59,880 bases of DNA from contig CAZXTN010000002.1 in assembly GCA_964643685.1 (NCBI GenBank), positions 28,069-87,948 on the forward strand. Direction: 5' to 3'. Shown in pieces: positions 45,791 to 54,619 of the stretch. How positions within the stretch are numbered: the first letter of the stretch is position 1; every line of letters begins with the position of its first letter. The notes under the pieces are model-generated. The model saw only the letters and a program-made list of their open reading frames with translations, was not told where the DNA came from and searched no databases. This DNA comes from Candidatus Micrarchaeota archaeon. Its GTDB lineage: Archaea; B1Sed10-29; JAJRYS01. The position numbers and the translations under genes were made by a program.

Positions 45791-47464
45791 TTACATTTTT
45801 TCAATTGTTTCAATGCCAAGCAGGCTTAAGCCTGTTTTCAGGACATTGGCAACTGCTTCTGTAATCAACAGCCTTTCGTTGCTTTCGCTGATTTTAAGCT
45901 TTTCATAAAAAGAGGAGTAAAGATGAGCTAGTTCAAGCAGGTAATTTGCTAGGTGATGCGGCTCGTATTGCAACGCGCTTTTTTCAATAATTGAAGGAAA
46001 TTCTGCTAGTTTTTTTATCAATTGTTTTTCTTCTTTTTCTGTTATTTTTGAAAAGTCAGCTTTTTCTAATGCTCCTTTTTGTTTTTCTAGAATTGACTTG
46101 CACCTGACGTAAGCGTATTGAAGGTAAGGTGAAGTGTCTCCTTCAAATGAAATCATTTTGTCAAAGTCAAATACTACATCTTTGATTCTGTTCTGGCTTA
46201 AGTCAGCGAATTTAACTGCTCCTATTCCTATTTTTTCAGCTGCTTCTTTCTTGTTTTCAAGGTTTGGGTTTTTTTCTTCGATTATTTCAAGTGCTTTTTC
46301 AACTGCTTTGTCAAGCACGTCATTTAAGTGAATTATGTTTCCTTTTCTTGTGCTGATTTTTCCACTTGGTAGTGAGAATAAACCGAATTTTACGTGCTCG
46401 CAGTCTTTAGACCATTCATGCCCGAGAAGCTCAAGGGCTTTTTTCAACTGCTGGAAATGAAGGGATTGAGCAGATGAAACTACATAAAGGGCTTTGTAGA
46501 AGTCGTGTTCTTGTTTGCGTTTTTCAGCTGCTGCTATTTCACGAGTAATGTAAAGGGTTCTGTTGTTTTCCATTAAGCGGGCGTTTGTCAAGCCGTATTT
46601 TTCAAGTGGTATTATTATGGTGCCTGGTTTTTCTTGGATTGCTACTTTTTTTTCAAGGGTTTCTTTGATAACTTCGTTGTTGAATTTGGAGTAGTATGAT
46701 TCTCCTTTGAATGAGTCAAATGAAACTCCTAATTTTTTGTATACTTCGTTGAATTTTGACAAGCTGAGTTCTCTGAATTTTTTCCATAGCTCTTTGTTTT
46801 CTTTGTCTCCTTTTTCTAGTTTTGAAAATTCTTCTTCTGCTTTTGCTTTTAATTCTTCGTTTTCAAGTTCGTGGAATTTGATGTAAAGTTCATGCAGGTG
46901 GCTTATTGGGTCTTGTTTTAGTTTTTCTTCGCTTCCCCATTGCTTGTAAGAGTATAAGAGTTTTCCAAATTGCAGTCCCCAGTCTCCTAAGTAGTTTTCT
47001 CCGTGGCATTTGAATCCATTGTATTCAAGGAGCTTGTGTAACGAGTCTCCTATTATTGTGGAGCGGAGGTGCCCGACGTGCATTGGTTTTGCTATGTTGA
47101 CGCTTGAGTAATCGATTAGGATTGTTTTTCCTTGTCCTTTTTTTGAAGAACCGTAGTTTTTTTGAAGTGCTTGTGTTAGAACTTGTTTTGAGAAAAAAGA
47201 GTAGTCAAGGAAAAAGTTGAGGTATGGTCCTGTTGCTCGTGTCTTTTCAATTCCTTGTATGTTTTTCAGTTTTTCAGCTAGTTTTTCTGCTTCTTGTTTT
47301 GGGTTGGATTTGTTTTTTTTCGCTAGCTGGAATGAAATGTTTAAGCTTAAGTCGCCGAGTTCTGGATTTGGGGGTGTTGTGAAGTTGGCTTCTGTTATTT
47401 CAACTTCTTGTACTTTTTTTATTTCTTCTGTTATGTTTTTTTTGATTTCTTGCAAGGCAGTCAT
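45791..47464 (-). CDS. argS: Arginyl-tRNA synthetase
   Basis: 'NIAKPMHVGHLRSTIIGD' (HIGH region), an anticodon-binding C-terminus ending '...IETIEKM'. 557 aa. Confidence 0.92.
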   Translation of the reverse strand: MTALQEIKKNITEEIKKVQEVEITEANFTTPPNPELGDLSLNISFQLAKKNKSNPKQEAEKLAEKLKNIQGIEKTRATGPYLNFFLDYSFFSKQVLTQALQKNYGSSKKGQGKTILIDYSSVNIAKPMHVGHLRSTIIGDSLHKLLEYNGFKCHGENYLGDWGLQFGKLLYSYKQWGSEEKLKQDPISHLHELYIKFHELENEELKAKAEEEFSKLEKGDKENKELWKKFRELSLSKFNEVYKKLGVSFDSFKGESYYSKFNNEVIKETLEKKVAIQEKPGTIIIPLEKYGLTNARLMENNRTLYITREIAAAEKRKQEHDFYKALYVVSSAQSLHFQQLKKALELLGHEWSKDCEHVKFGLFSLPSGKISTRKGNIIHLNDVLDKAVEKALEIIEEKNPNLENKKEAAEKIGIGAVKFADLSQNRIKDVVFDFDKMISFEGDTSPYLQYAYVRCKSILEKQKGALEKADFSKITEKEEKQLIKKLAEFPSIIEKSALQYEPHHLANYLLELAHLYSSFYEKLKISESNERLLITEAVANVLKTGLSLLGIETIEKM

Positions 47465-47573
47465 TTTTTTTCACTTGTTTTCAGATTAAGTGACTCTTTT
47501 TGGAATTATAAAACTAATTGAAGGAGTGTGCTTTTAAGAAAAATTAAAGAAAGAGAAATGGTTTTATTTGTTT

Positions 47574-47741
47574 TTACATTAGGACGTTTAGAAGCAGTTC
47601 TATTGCTATGAAGCCTATGCATATTCCTACTAGGAGTTTTGGGCTTATTTGTGGGCCTCCTCCGCCTGATATTCCTGCAAAGCTGGTTATTCCTGCATTT
47701 GCTCTTGGCCCCATTATTGGATTGCTTTTTATTCCTTTCAT
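47574..47741 (-). CDS. secG: Preprotein translocase subunit Sec61-beta/SecG (55 aa; not in the ORF track)
   Basis: My translation: MKGIKSNPIMGPRANAGITSFAGISGGGGPQISPKLLVGICIGFIAIELLLNVLM. The 'AG(I/L)..(F/Y)' motif followed by '(I/V).P' and a single C-terminal TM matches archaeal Sec-beta as I recall it. AGAGGT lies upstream of the ATG. Confidence 0.6.
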   Translation of the reverse strand: MKGIKSNPIMGPRANAGITSFAGISGGGGPQISPKLLVGICIGFIAIELLLNVLM

Positions 47742-47889
47742 TGTACATTACCTCTTTATTTTAATCAGTTTATCAGCATAAAGGAATAAAAGTTGAGCAC
47801 GACACTGCGATTTTATTCCTTATGAAGTTCTCTTGTTGTTTTTAATTTTAAGCAAGGGGTTATATAAATGTAATTAAACAAGTATTTTG

Positions 47890-48354
47890 TTAGATTCCTA
47901 TGAATGAAGCTATTCCTAATGAAGCAAGGGTGACTAGTATTGCTGCTATTAAGACTCCTGCTGTGAGGCTCAGGAATAGTTGAGTATAGGTGTATTTTTT
48001 GTTCATTCCAAGAGCCCATGCTAGGATTGCCCCTGCATATACTCCGCTTCCTGGGAGAGGAACTGCTACGAATAAAGCAAGTCCTATTAAGCCGTATTTC
48101 TCTATTTTTTCTTTGTTTGCTTTTCTTACTTTTTCCAAGTGATGGCTTAGTTTGGATGATTTTGACAAGTGGCTGAAAAAGGCATTCAAGCCTATGAAGA
48201 TGAATGGAATGGAGAGGATGTTCACAAGCAAAATGAACAGCAGTGAAGGCATTAAAGGGTATCCTGAAGCTATTGCTACTGGAACTGCTCCTCTTAGTTC
48301 AATTTCAGGAATCAGGGTTATTAAAAGCAATCGCAGGTAGTTTATCATAAACAA
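47890..48354 (-). CDS. Small membrane protein (putative small multidrug-export family, COG2426-like)
   Basis: 'IPEIELRGAVPVAIASG' near the N-terminus, with 4-5 TM helices. Confidence 0.55.
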   Translation of the reverse strand: MFMINYLRLLLITLIPEIELRGAVPVAIASGYPLMPSLLFILLVNILSIPFIFIGLNAFFSHLSKSSKLSHHLEKVRKANKEKIEKYGLIGLALFVAVPLPGSGVYAGAILAWALGMNKKYTYTQLFLSLTAGVLIAAILVTLASLGIASFIGI

Positions 48355-48387
48355 TTATTAACAAGAAGTGATTTAAAAAATAATAAG

Positions 48388-48699
48388 GTGATGAAGATGA
48401 TGGAATTGAGAAATGAGATAACAAGCAAGCTTAACAACTCTGTGCTTATGAAAATAAGGAATTCTCCGAAGCCAACAAAAGTAGCTGAAGTGATTGCAGT
48501 TACTAAGAATTTTCCAGGCATGGCTCTGGGTTTTGACGAGATAGCTGAGTTGATTAATATAAGCAATCCAGGCGCTGATGAAAAGTCAAGAGAAAGCGAT
48601 TATGACGAGAATGAAATAAGAAGGCACCCTGACTTGCTTGTAGTGCATACTCCAAGCAAAACTTATGTCAGGTTCACAGGAGACACTTCAAAATACTAA
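48388..48699 (+). CDS. Hypothetical protein
   Basis: 103-aa ORF. AAGGTGA lies upstream of the start. Confidence 0.35.
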   Translation: MMKMMELRNEITSKLNNSVLMKIRNSPKPTKVAEVIAVTKNFPGMALGFDEIAELINISNPGADEKSRESDYDENEIRRHPDLLVVHTPSKTYVRFTGDTSKY

Positions 48700-48735
48700 A
48701 AAAATCTTTTTTTACTTTTTCTATTTTTTCTTTGT

Positions 48736-49143
48736 TTATGAAAAATCGTATTCAAGCTTTTCTCCTTCAAGAGAAACTCTTGTTTTCTTTCCTTTTTTTG
48801 CAGCTTCAATTAACTTGGATAATTCCTTCTGCTTTTTTTTGTACTTTTTTTCTTTTTCCTTTAAATCCTGTAAAGCATCACGAATCCCTGTTATTGAAGA
48901 TTCAACTTCATCAGAATACCTTTCTCTTTGCTCTTTAGGAACAGATTGTGTTATATTCCTTTTTTCTTCTCTTAATGATTTCAAGTAGTTATTAAGTTTA
49001 TTTTTTTCGTCTTCAATTCTTTTAAGTTCAGATGAAAGGGTAAAATAAGCTTTAAGTGAATTTGAAAAAACTCTCTGCCTTCTGCTGCCTTTCTGCATTT
49101 TAGTTTTAGCAAATTTTTCCTTAATTTTATTAATTACGCTCAT
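48736..49143 (-). CDS. Lys/Glu-rich coiled-coil hypothetical protein
   Basis: 135 aa. AGGAG lies upstream of the ATG. Confidence 0.4.
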   Translation of the reverse strand: MSVINKIKEKFAKTKMQKGSRRQRVFSNSLKAYFTLSSELKRIEDEKNKLNNYLKSLREEKRNITQSVPKEQRERYSDEVESSITGIRDALQDLKEKEKKYKKKQKELSKLIEAAKKGKKTRVSLEGEKLEYDFS

Positions 49144-49252
49144 TAAAACAACTCCTGTTATAAAATTAAGTTAAAACAAGTATAAAAAGCCTTTTAGAAC
49201 AGCAAAACATTTAAAAAGACAAAATGATTGGTTGTGAATTGGTGACGCACAG

Positions 49253-49612
49253 GTGATTGACAAGATTAGCCTTTGGCTTGAAATAGAAGACTTGCAGAAG
49301 CATGAAATGCTAGCTCACTTATATGGAATAAGCGAAACAGATGCCAAAGCATACTTTGAAATACTACAGGAAAATACCCTTACTTTAAAAGAACTTACTG
49401 AAAAACTAGGAAAAGACAGGACAACAGCTCAGAAGACAATTAAAAAGCTTGTTGAAAAAGGGCTCGTGCATAGGAGAAAAATAAACCTCGTAAAAGGAGG
49501 AATTAAATATTCTTACGAAGCATTGCCTTTTTCCCTTGTAAAAGAAAAAATGATAGAAAGAGTAAATGCCTGGCAATCAATAGCAGTCACTAAAATTAAT
49601 GACATTATGTGA
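49253..49612 (+). CDS. Winged-helix transcriptional regulator (TrmB/MarR-like)
   Basis: 'LTLKELTEKLGKDRTTAQKTIKKLVEKGLVHRRKIN' has an HTH-plus-wing pattern. Confidence 0.6.
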   Translation: MIDKISLWLEIEDLQKHEMLAHLYGISETDAKAYFEILQENTLTLKELTEKLGKDRTTAQKTIKKLVEKGLVHRRKINLVKGGIKYSYEALPFSLVKEKMIERVNAWQSIAVTKINDIM

Positions 49613-49616
49613 ATAA

Positions 49617-50339
49617 TTAATTCACAGACAATTTGTAACCAACAACTTTTTGAATTATTTTTTCAAATTCTTCGCTTGAACTGCTTTCTTTTAATATGAA
49701 TGGCTTGCCTTCATCACTTGCCTTTGACACGTCACTGCTTAAACCAAGCTTGCCTAGGAATTGAATTTTTTCTTCTTGTGCTGTTTTTTCAACTTTGCCA
49801 GTGCCGAATATTTCCCCACTCATGTTCTCAATCACTCCAATAACATTAATTCCTAATTGTTTTGAGAAGCGAATTGCTTTCTTTACATCCATTAAAGAAA
49901 CCTCTTGAGGAGTTGAAACTAACAATGCTTCAGCTGGCTTTTCAATCAACTGCGCAGTGCTTATTATCTCATCTCCTGTACCTGGAGGCATGTCAATAAT
50001 TAAAAAATCCAAATCTCCCCATTTGACATCATTAAGGAATTGATGAACTACCTTGTGCTTTAAAGGACCTCTCCAAATGACAGGTGAATCCTTGTTTTCC
50101 AACAAGAAGCTTATTGACAAAACTTTCAAATTGTCATTATATTGGACTGGCTGGATTTTTTCATCTTCGCTTTCAACGTTTTTTCCTTCCAAGCCAAGCA
50201 TCTTAGGCACGTTCGGGCCATGGAAGTCAATATCAAGCAACCCTACTTTGAATTTTTCACTGAGCTTAACAGCTAGGTTTACAGCTACTGTTGTCTTGCC
50301 TACTCCTCCTTTTCCGCTCATTACAAGAATTTTCCTCAT
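49617..50339 (-). CDS. Mrp/NBP35/ApbC-family Fe-S cluster carrier ATPase
   Basis: Deviant Walker A 'SGKGGVGKTTVAVNLA', 'DMPPGTGD' and 'GVIENMS'. The ATG at 50339 is preceded by GGAAGGTG. Confidence 0.85.
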   Translation of the reverse strand: MRKILVMSGKGGVGKTTVAVNLAVKLSEKFKVGLLDIDFHGPNVPKMLGLEGKNVESEDEKIQPVQYNDNLKVLSISFLLENKDSPVIWRGPLKHKVVHQFLNDVKWGDLDFLIIDMPPGTGDEIISTAQLIEKPAEALLVSTPQEVSLMDVKKAIRFSKQLGINVIGVIENMSGEIFGTGKVEKTAQEEKIQFLGKLGLSSDVSKASDEGKPFILKESSSSEEFEKIIQKVVGYKLSVN

Positions 50340-50352
50340 TAAAAACACCTTC

Positions 50353-50736
50353 CTATTCAACGTAAATTACTTCTTTGTCTCCTTCTACTGCTGCTTTTTG
50401 TTCCAACTCACTTATTCTCGTTTGCAGTTTTGCTAAAGCTTGTTCAATGTTTTCAATTCTTGAGATAATTGGAAGGAACTTTTTTCTCATTCTTACAATG
50501 TTAGGGCCCATTGCATAAGCAAAAACAGCTTTGACTTGATTTTGATTCAAAACACCTGCTATAAACTTTGCTTTTTCAGGATCACCATGCTGCTTTTCTT
50601 CAGGAGATTCGTTTGAAACTTTTTTAATTAAATCAAAACCATTCTCATTAACTTCATATACTAGAAAAAATTTAGAATCTCCAAAATGCTCTTTTGTAAA
50701 ATTCACTTCATCATCTGAACCGCATGCTACAATCAT
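50353..50736 (-). CDS. NifB/NifX-family (dinitrogenase FeMo-cofactor-binding fold) protein
   Basis: 'HFGDSKFFLVYEV' followed by 'AVFAYAMGPN' matches the HFG...(F/Y).(I/V)(Y/F) pattern of that domain. Confidence 0.6.
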   Translation of the reverse strand: MIVACGSDDEVNFTKEHFGDSKFFLVYEVNENGFDLIKKVSNESPEEKQHGDPEKAKFIAGVLNQNQVKAVFAYAMGPNIVRMRKKFLPIISRIENIEQALAKLQTRISELEQKAAVEGDKEVIYVE

Positions 50737-50759
50737 GGTTTAAAACACCCCCTAATTAA

Positions 50760-51713
50760 TTACTCCAATAATCCTTTTACTATGAAGTCAGTTGCTTCGT
50801 CTTTTGACAAGCCCCTGCTCATAAGAGTTTCAAGTTCTTTTTTATTTATCCTTCCAATTGCAGCTTCGTGAGTCACTTTTGCATCAGGGTGGTTCACTTT
50901 GATTTTAGGAATTGCCTCAGCTAAAGCCTTGTCTCCTTCTATTACTTCATTGCAGTCCACATGCCCTCTTGTATTCGCCGCATTGCCTACAACTTCGCTT
51001 AAAACAATTGCCCTTGACTCATCTTTCAGAACAATCCTGCTTTTAGCAGTCCCGCTTGCAGCTTCACCATTCAAAAACAACGCTTCTCTTACTTTGATTT
51101 CATCATCTTTTTTAGCGTAAATTTTAGTCATCAAATCGCACACGCTGTCCTTGCCTTGCTTGACTTCATAGTCAAGTTCAACCAAGCCAACTTTTCCCTT
51201 CACTATCTTAAACTCATCAAATAATTTAGCTTCTTCTTTTAACTCTGCTCTTAAAAAAGGCTTTACAAAAATGCTTCCTTCATCTGCGTGAAAATGCTCT
51301 TCAACATAGCTTACTTCAGCTCCTTCCTCTAAAACCATTTCAGAATTCATTATATGCTCTAATTTAACTGCGTTTGGAAATAAACAATGGGAAATGAATT
51401 TTACTTTGGCTCCTTTTTTCACAACAAACTTCTGCTTTAAAACCTGCCTTCCTTCTTGCGGCAAAATTCCAAAGCACAAGTGAACAGGATTCTTGACTTC
51501 AACTCCTTCTTCCACTGTTATTGTCACGTCAACGCCGTCTTCAATTTGCTCAGTGTTTATTTTTAACCCAGGCACTTGCACTTTTCCAAGCACCTTGTCT
51601 TCATTAATAACCAAGCTGGCTGTAGCTGTGTCTTTCAAATCAGCTTCTACTCCTCCTGCTTTTTCATAAACATCTACAATCTGCTTGAATTCATCAGAGT
51701 ATTCCATAAACAA
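50760..51713 (-). CDS. SufB/SufD-family Fe-S assembly protein
   Basis: 317 aa, beta-helix-like repeats, C-terminal 'HEAAIGRINKKELETLMSRGLSKDEATDFIVKG' as in SufB/D. Adjacent to sufC. Confidence 0.8.
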   Translation of the reverse strand: MFMEYSDEFKQIVDVYEKAGGVEADLKDTATASLVINEDKVLGKVQVPGLKINTEQIEDGVDVTITVEEGVEVKNPVHLCFGILPQEGRQVLKQKFVVKKGAKVKFISHCLFPNAVKLEHIMNSEMVLEEGAEVSYVEEHFHADEGSIFVKPFLRAELKEEAKLFDEFKIVKGKVGLVELDYEVKQGKDSVCDLMTKIYAKKDDEIKVREALFLNGEAASGTAKSRIVLKDESRAIVLSEVVGNAANTRGHVDCNEVIEGDKALAEAIPKIKVNHPDAKVTHEAAIGRINKKELETLMSRGLSKDEATDFIVKGLLE

Positions 51714-51714
51714 A

Positions 51715-52440
51715 TCACTTCAATTTATCTTCTTTAATCTCGCCTACATGCGTGCATTGCTCGCAATTGGTTTTGAAAAATAAGGCGACTTCTTCTCCTT
51801 TTCCCTGCTTAACTATCCTGCCGCTGCACATAAGAGAAATTGCATCTGCTTCTTCAGCCATTTTTTCGCTGTGAGTAATAACCAAGACGCTTGCATCTTC
51901 TTTTTTCAATTCCTTGATTATTTTCAAAAGAACTTCAAGGGAAACTAAGTCAATTCCAGAATCAGGCTCGTCCAAAACCAAGAGCTTAGGCTTCATTGAC
52001 AAAGTCGCAGCAAGCTCAACTCTTTTCCTTTCTCCTCCGCTTAGCTTTTCGTCAACAAACCTGTTCAAGTACCTCTCTGGATTCAAGCCAACCAAATTCA
52101 AATAATAACTAGGCTCTACTTCTTCTCTCCCCAGTTTAATGTAATCTTTTATTTTGATTCCTTCAAATGAAGCTGGAATCTGCCAAGCTAATTGAATACC
52201 TAATTTTGCCCTTTCGCTTGAACTTAAGCCATTAATTTCCTTGCCCTTGAAAATAATTTTTCCCTGTGTCGGCTTGTATCCTTCTAAACCCATTATCAAG
52301 TAAGCAAGTGTTGTTTTGCCAGCTCCATTTACTCCCATTACTGAATGAACTTCTCCTTCGCCTACTTCCAAGCTAAGCTCGTTTAAAACTTTTTTTCCAT
52401 TAAAATCAAAACTCACTTCTTTCAGCTCAAGCAAAGCCAT
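51715..52440 (-). CDS. sufC: Fe-S cluster assembly ATPase SufC
   Basis: Walker A 'GVNGAGKTT', signature 'LSGGERKR' and Walker B 'LLVLDEPDSGID'. Confidence 0.9.
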   Translation of the reverse strand: MALLELKEVSFDFNGKKVLNELSLEVGEGEVHSVMGVNGAGKTTLAYLIMGLEGYKPTQGKIIFKGKEINGLSSSERAKLGIQLAWQIPASFEGIKIKDYIKLGREEVEPSYYLNLVGLNPERYLNRFVDEKLSGGERKRVELAATLSMKPKLLVLDEPDSGIDLVSLEVLLKIIKELKKEDASVLVITHSEKMAEEADAISLMCSGRIVKQGKGEEVALFFKTNCEQCTHVGEIKEDKLK

Positions 52441-52619
52441 TTGAAAAAAACCACCTTTTAAAAAAGAAAAACTTTTCGCTGGTTAAATTATTAACTCAAC
52501 TGGTTTATAAGGCAATTACCAACTAAAAAGAAAAGAAAAAAGAAGTAAACTTATTTAAACTTGTTTAATTAAATAAAAATAAACAAGTAACTTAACAAGA
52601 AAATAATTTAAACAAAACA

Positions 52620-52726
52620 GGGTCTGTGGTCTAGCGGTTAGGACATCACCTTGACGACAACAGCTACAACTCTTGGGGTTGTTGGCAGCATGGTGAGGAT
52701 CCCCGGTTCAAATCCGGGCAGACCCA
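52620..52726 (+). tRNA. tRNA-Val(GAC) with a 34-nt intron at the canonical 37/38 position (~52657-52690)
   Basis: Acceptor GGGTCTG/CAGACCC. Anticodon stem TCACC/GGTGA enclosing TTGACG + 34 nt + T. T-arm CCCGG-TTCAAAT-CCGGG. Confidence 0.8.
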
Positions 52727-52747
52727 TTTTAAAAAAAATGTGTTTAT

Positions 52748-53356
52748 ATGAAAAAGGAAGTTATTGAAGGGACAAATGACAATTATGCTTTTTTTGCCAT
52801 GCTTTTTTTCGGCTTAGCTATTGCTAGTTTTGCTTTTTATTTCATTGAAGAAAATCCCAAGGGGTTATTTTTAGGATTAGGCTTTGCTTTGTTTGGCTTA
52901 ATTTATTCTTTAAAATGGTTCAATCCAACCGTGTTTATTTTCACAGACGACGCTATTGAAATACATAAAGAAAGAGAAGTTATTTATGTTGAAAACAAGG
53001 ATATTGAAAAAATTGGCATTTCTTCAACTGCTATGCGTTTTCCAGGTTCTTTTATTAGTTTTTTTAGCATTGCATACTTACCAAATTACATTTTCTCAAT
53101 TTTTATAAAGCTCTTAGATCCAAAAATAAAAAAAGTAGGTGTTGAGTTTTCAAGAAATTACTTTGGAATAAGGTTAAAAGACCCTGACAAATTTTTTTCA
53201 AACAAGTCAAAAGCTTATAAAATTTTTAAAGCTTATGAAGCAGAAATGACTTACTTTGATATAACAACCCCTTTAGAATTCAAAGTAACAAAATTGAAAA
53301 AAGCATTGAAAAAACACTACCCCAAAAAATTCATCGAAAAACAAGTAAAAGTGTGA
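52748..53356 (+). CDS. Membrane protein, hypothetical
   Basis: 202 aa with two N-terminal TM helices plus one central hydrophobic segment. Confidence 0.45.
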   Translation: MKKEVIEGTNDNYAFFAMLFFGLAIASFAFYFIEENPKGLFLGLGFALFGLIYSLKWFNPTVFIFTDDAIEIHKEREVIYVENKDIEKIGISSTAMRFPGSFISFFSIAYLPNYIFSIFIKLLDPKIKKVGVEFSRNYFGIRLKDPDKFFSNKSKAYKIFKAYEAEMTYFDITTPLEFKVTKLKKALKKHYPKKFIEKQVKV

Positions 53357-53362
53357 ATAAAA

Positions 53363-54619
53363 ATGAAAATCAGCATTATTTCAGACATGCATTTAGGAGT
53401 GAAATGGGGAAGCGAATTGCAGGAAGATAGCTTTGAGCAGTTTGAAGAAGCAATTAAAAAATCAATTGAAGAAAAAGTTGATTTTATTCTCATTCCTGGG
53501 GATATTTTTGACGTGCGCCTGCCCAAGCAGGAAGTATGGGCAAGGGCTTTGAAAAGCTTTCAAACGCATTTGTTAGCTGAAAAAACAAGCGCAGAGTTTA
53601 AAGGATTTGTTGGAGAGCATGAACCTGTTTCTGAAATGGCTTTAAAAGGAGTGCCTATTGTTGCTATTTACGGAAATCATGAAATCAGAGGAAGCCACCA
53701 AGTAAACCCAGTGCAGTTATTGGAAAAAGCTGGTTACTTGATTTACCTGCACAAGAACGGGGTAGTGTTTGAAAAAAACAACGAAAAAGTTGCTGTGCAG
53801 GGCTTGTCAGCTGTTGCTGAAAACGAAGCCAAAGAAGTTTTAGAAAAATGGAACCCGAAGCCAATTGAAGGAGCTTTTAACGTGTTTATATTTCATCAGT
53901 CAACAACAGAAGAAATTTACGACCCTGACAACACTTTCATGTCACTTGACGACTTGCCCAAGGGCTTTGACTTATACGTGGACGGGCATATTCACTGGAG
54001 GAAATGGGTGCCTGAAAAAAAATTCCTGATTCCAGGAAGCACTGTAATAACTCAAATGAAAGAAAAAGAAGCACTGCAAGGCAAAGGATTTTATTTAATT
54101 GAAACTAATCCATTCAAAGTTGATTTTGTGAAGCTGGAGAACCAACGTCCTTTCTACTTTAAAAAAATAGAGTTAATTGAAGCTGACCAGCTGAAAGCAA
54201 ACGAAGAAATTGCAAAGTTTTTGAACTCAATTCCAAAAAACACTATGAAGAAGCCTGTTGTTAAAATAAAGTTGGTTGGAAAAATGAAAGAAGGGTTGAA
54301 AGGTAATCAATTGAGTTTCAATGATTTTAAGCAAAGAGAGGATTTGCTTGTTTTCATTGACAATGAAATAGAGTCAGAGGAATTGAAAAAAACAATTGAA
54401 AAGCTCAGAGAGTTGCATCAGAACAAGAGAAGCGTGGATGAAATGGGTTTGGATTTAGTGAAAGAGTTGTTGAAGCAGACGAGTTATGACTCTTTCAATG
54501 TAAGCGAGTTAATAGAGCCATTAGCTGACGGAGATTCAAGTTACTTGATGAACTTGATTGAAAAGGATTTGGAGAAGATTAGAAAAAGCATTGAAGAAAA
54601 AGAAGTTACTTTTTCTTGA
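53363..54619 (+). CDS. mre11: Mre11/SbcD-family DNA repair nuclease
   Basis: Phosphoesterase motifs 'ISDMHLG', 'PGDIFD', 'GNHE' and 'GHIHW' in the canonical order. Confidence 0.8.
   Translation: MKISIISDMHLGVKWGSELQEDSFEQFEEAIKKSIEEKVDFILIPGDIFDVRLPKQEVWARALKSFQTHLLAEKTSAEFKGFVGEHEPVSEMALKGVPIVAIYGNHEIRGSHQVNPVQLLEKAGYLIYLHKNGVVFEKNNEKVAVQGLSAVAENEAKEVLEKWNPKPIEGAFNVFIFHQSTTEEIYDPDNTFMSLDDLPKGFDLYVDGHIHWRKWVPEKKFLIPGSTVITQMKEKEALQGKGFYLIETNPFKVDFVKLENQRPFYFKKIELIEADQLKANEEIAKFLNSIPKNTMKKPVVKIKLVGKMKEGLKGNQLSFNDFKQREDLLVFIDNEIESEELKKTIEKLRELHQNKRSVDEMGLDLVKELLKQTSYDSFNVSELIEPLADGDSSYLMNLIEKDLEKIRKSIEEKEVTFS

Noticed and set aside
45711-45908. 65-aa plus-strand ORF spanning the second tRNA-fragment repeat and the argS 3' end
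   Set aside because: It is antisense to argS and begins in a non-coding repeat. It is a chance ORF.
47506-47748. 80-aa ORF (MYNERNKKQSNNGAKSKCRNN...)
   Set aside because: Implausible composition. A different frame on the same strand encodes a convincing Sec61-beta-like protein with a ribosome-binding site.
52549-52561. 13-mer CTTATTTAAACTT shared with 22265-22277
   Set aside because: A single extra copy of an AT-rich TATA-like string. This is insufficient to call a repeat family.
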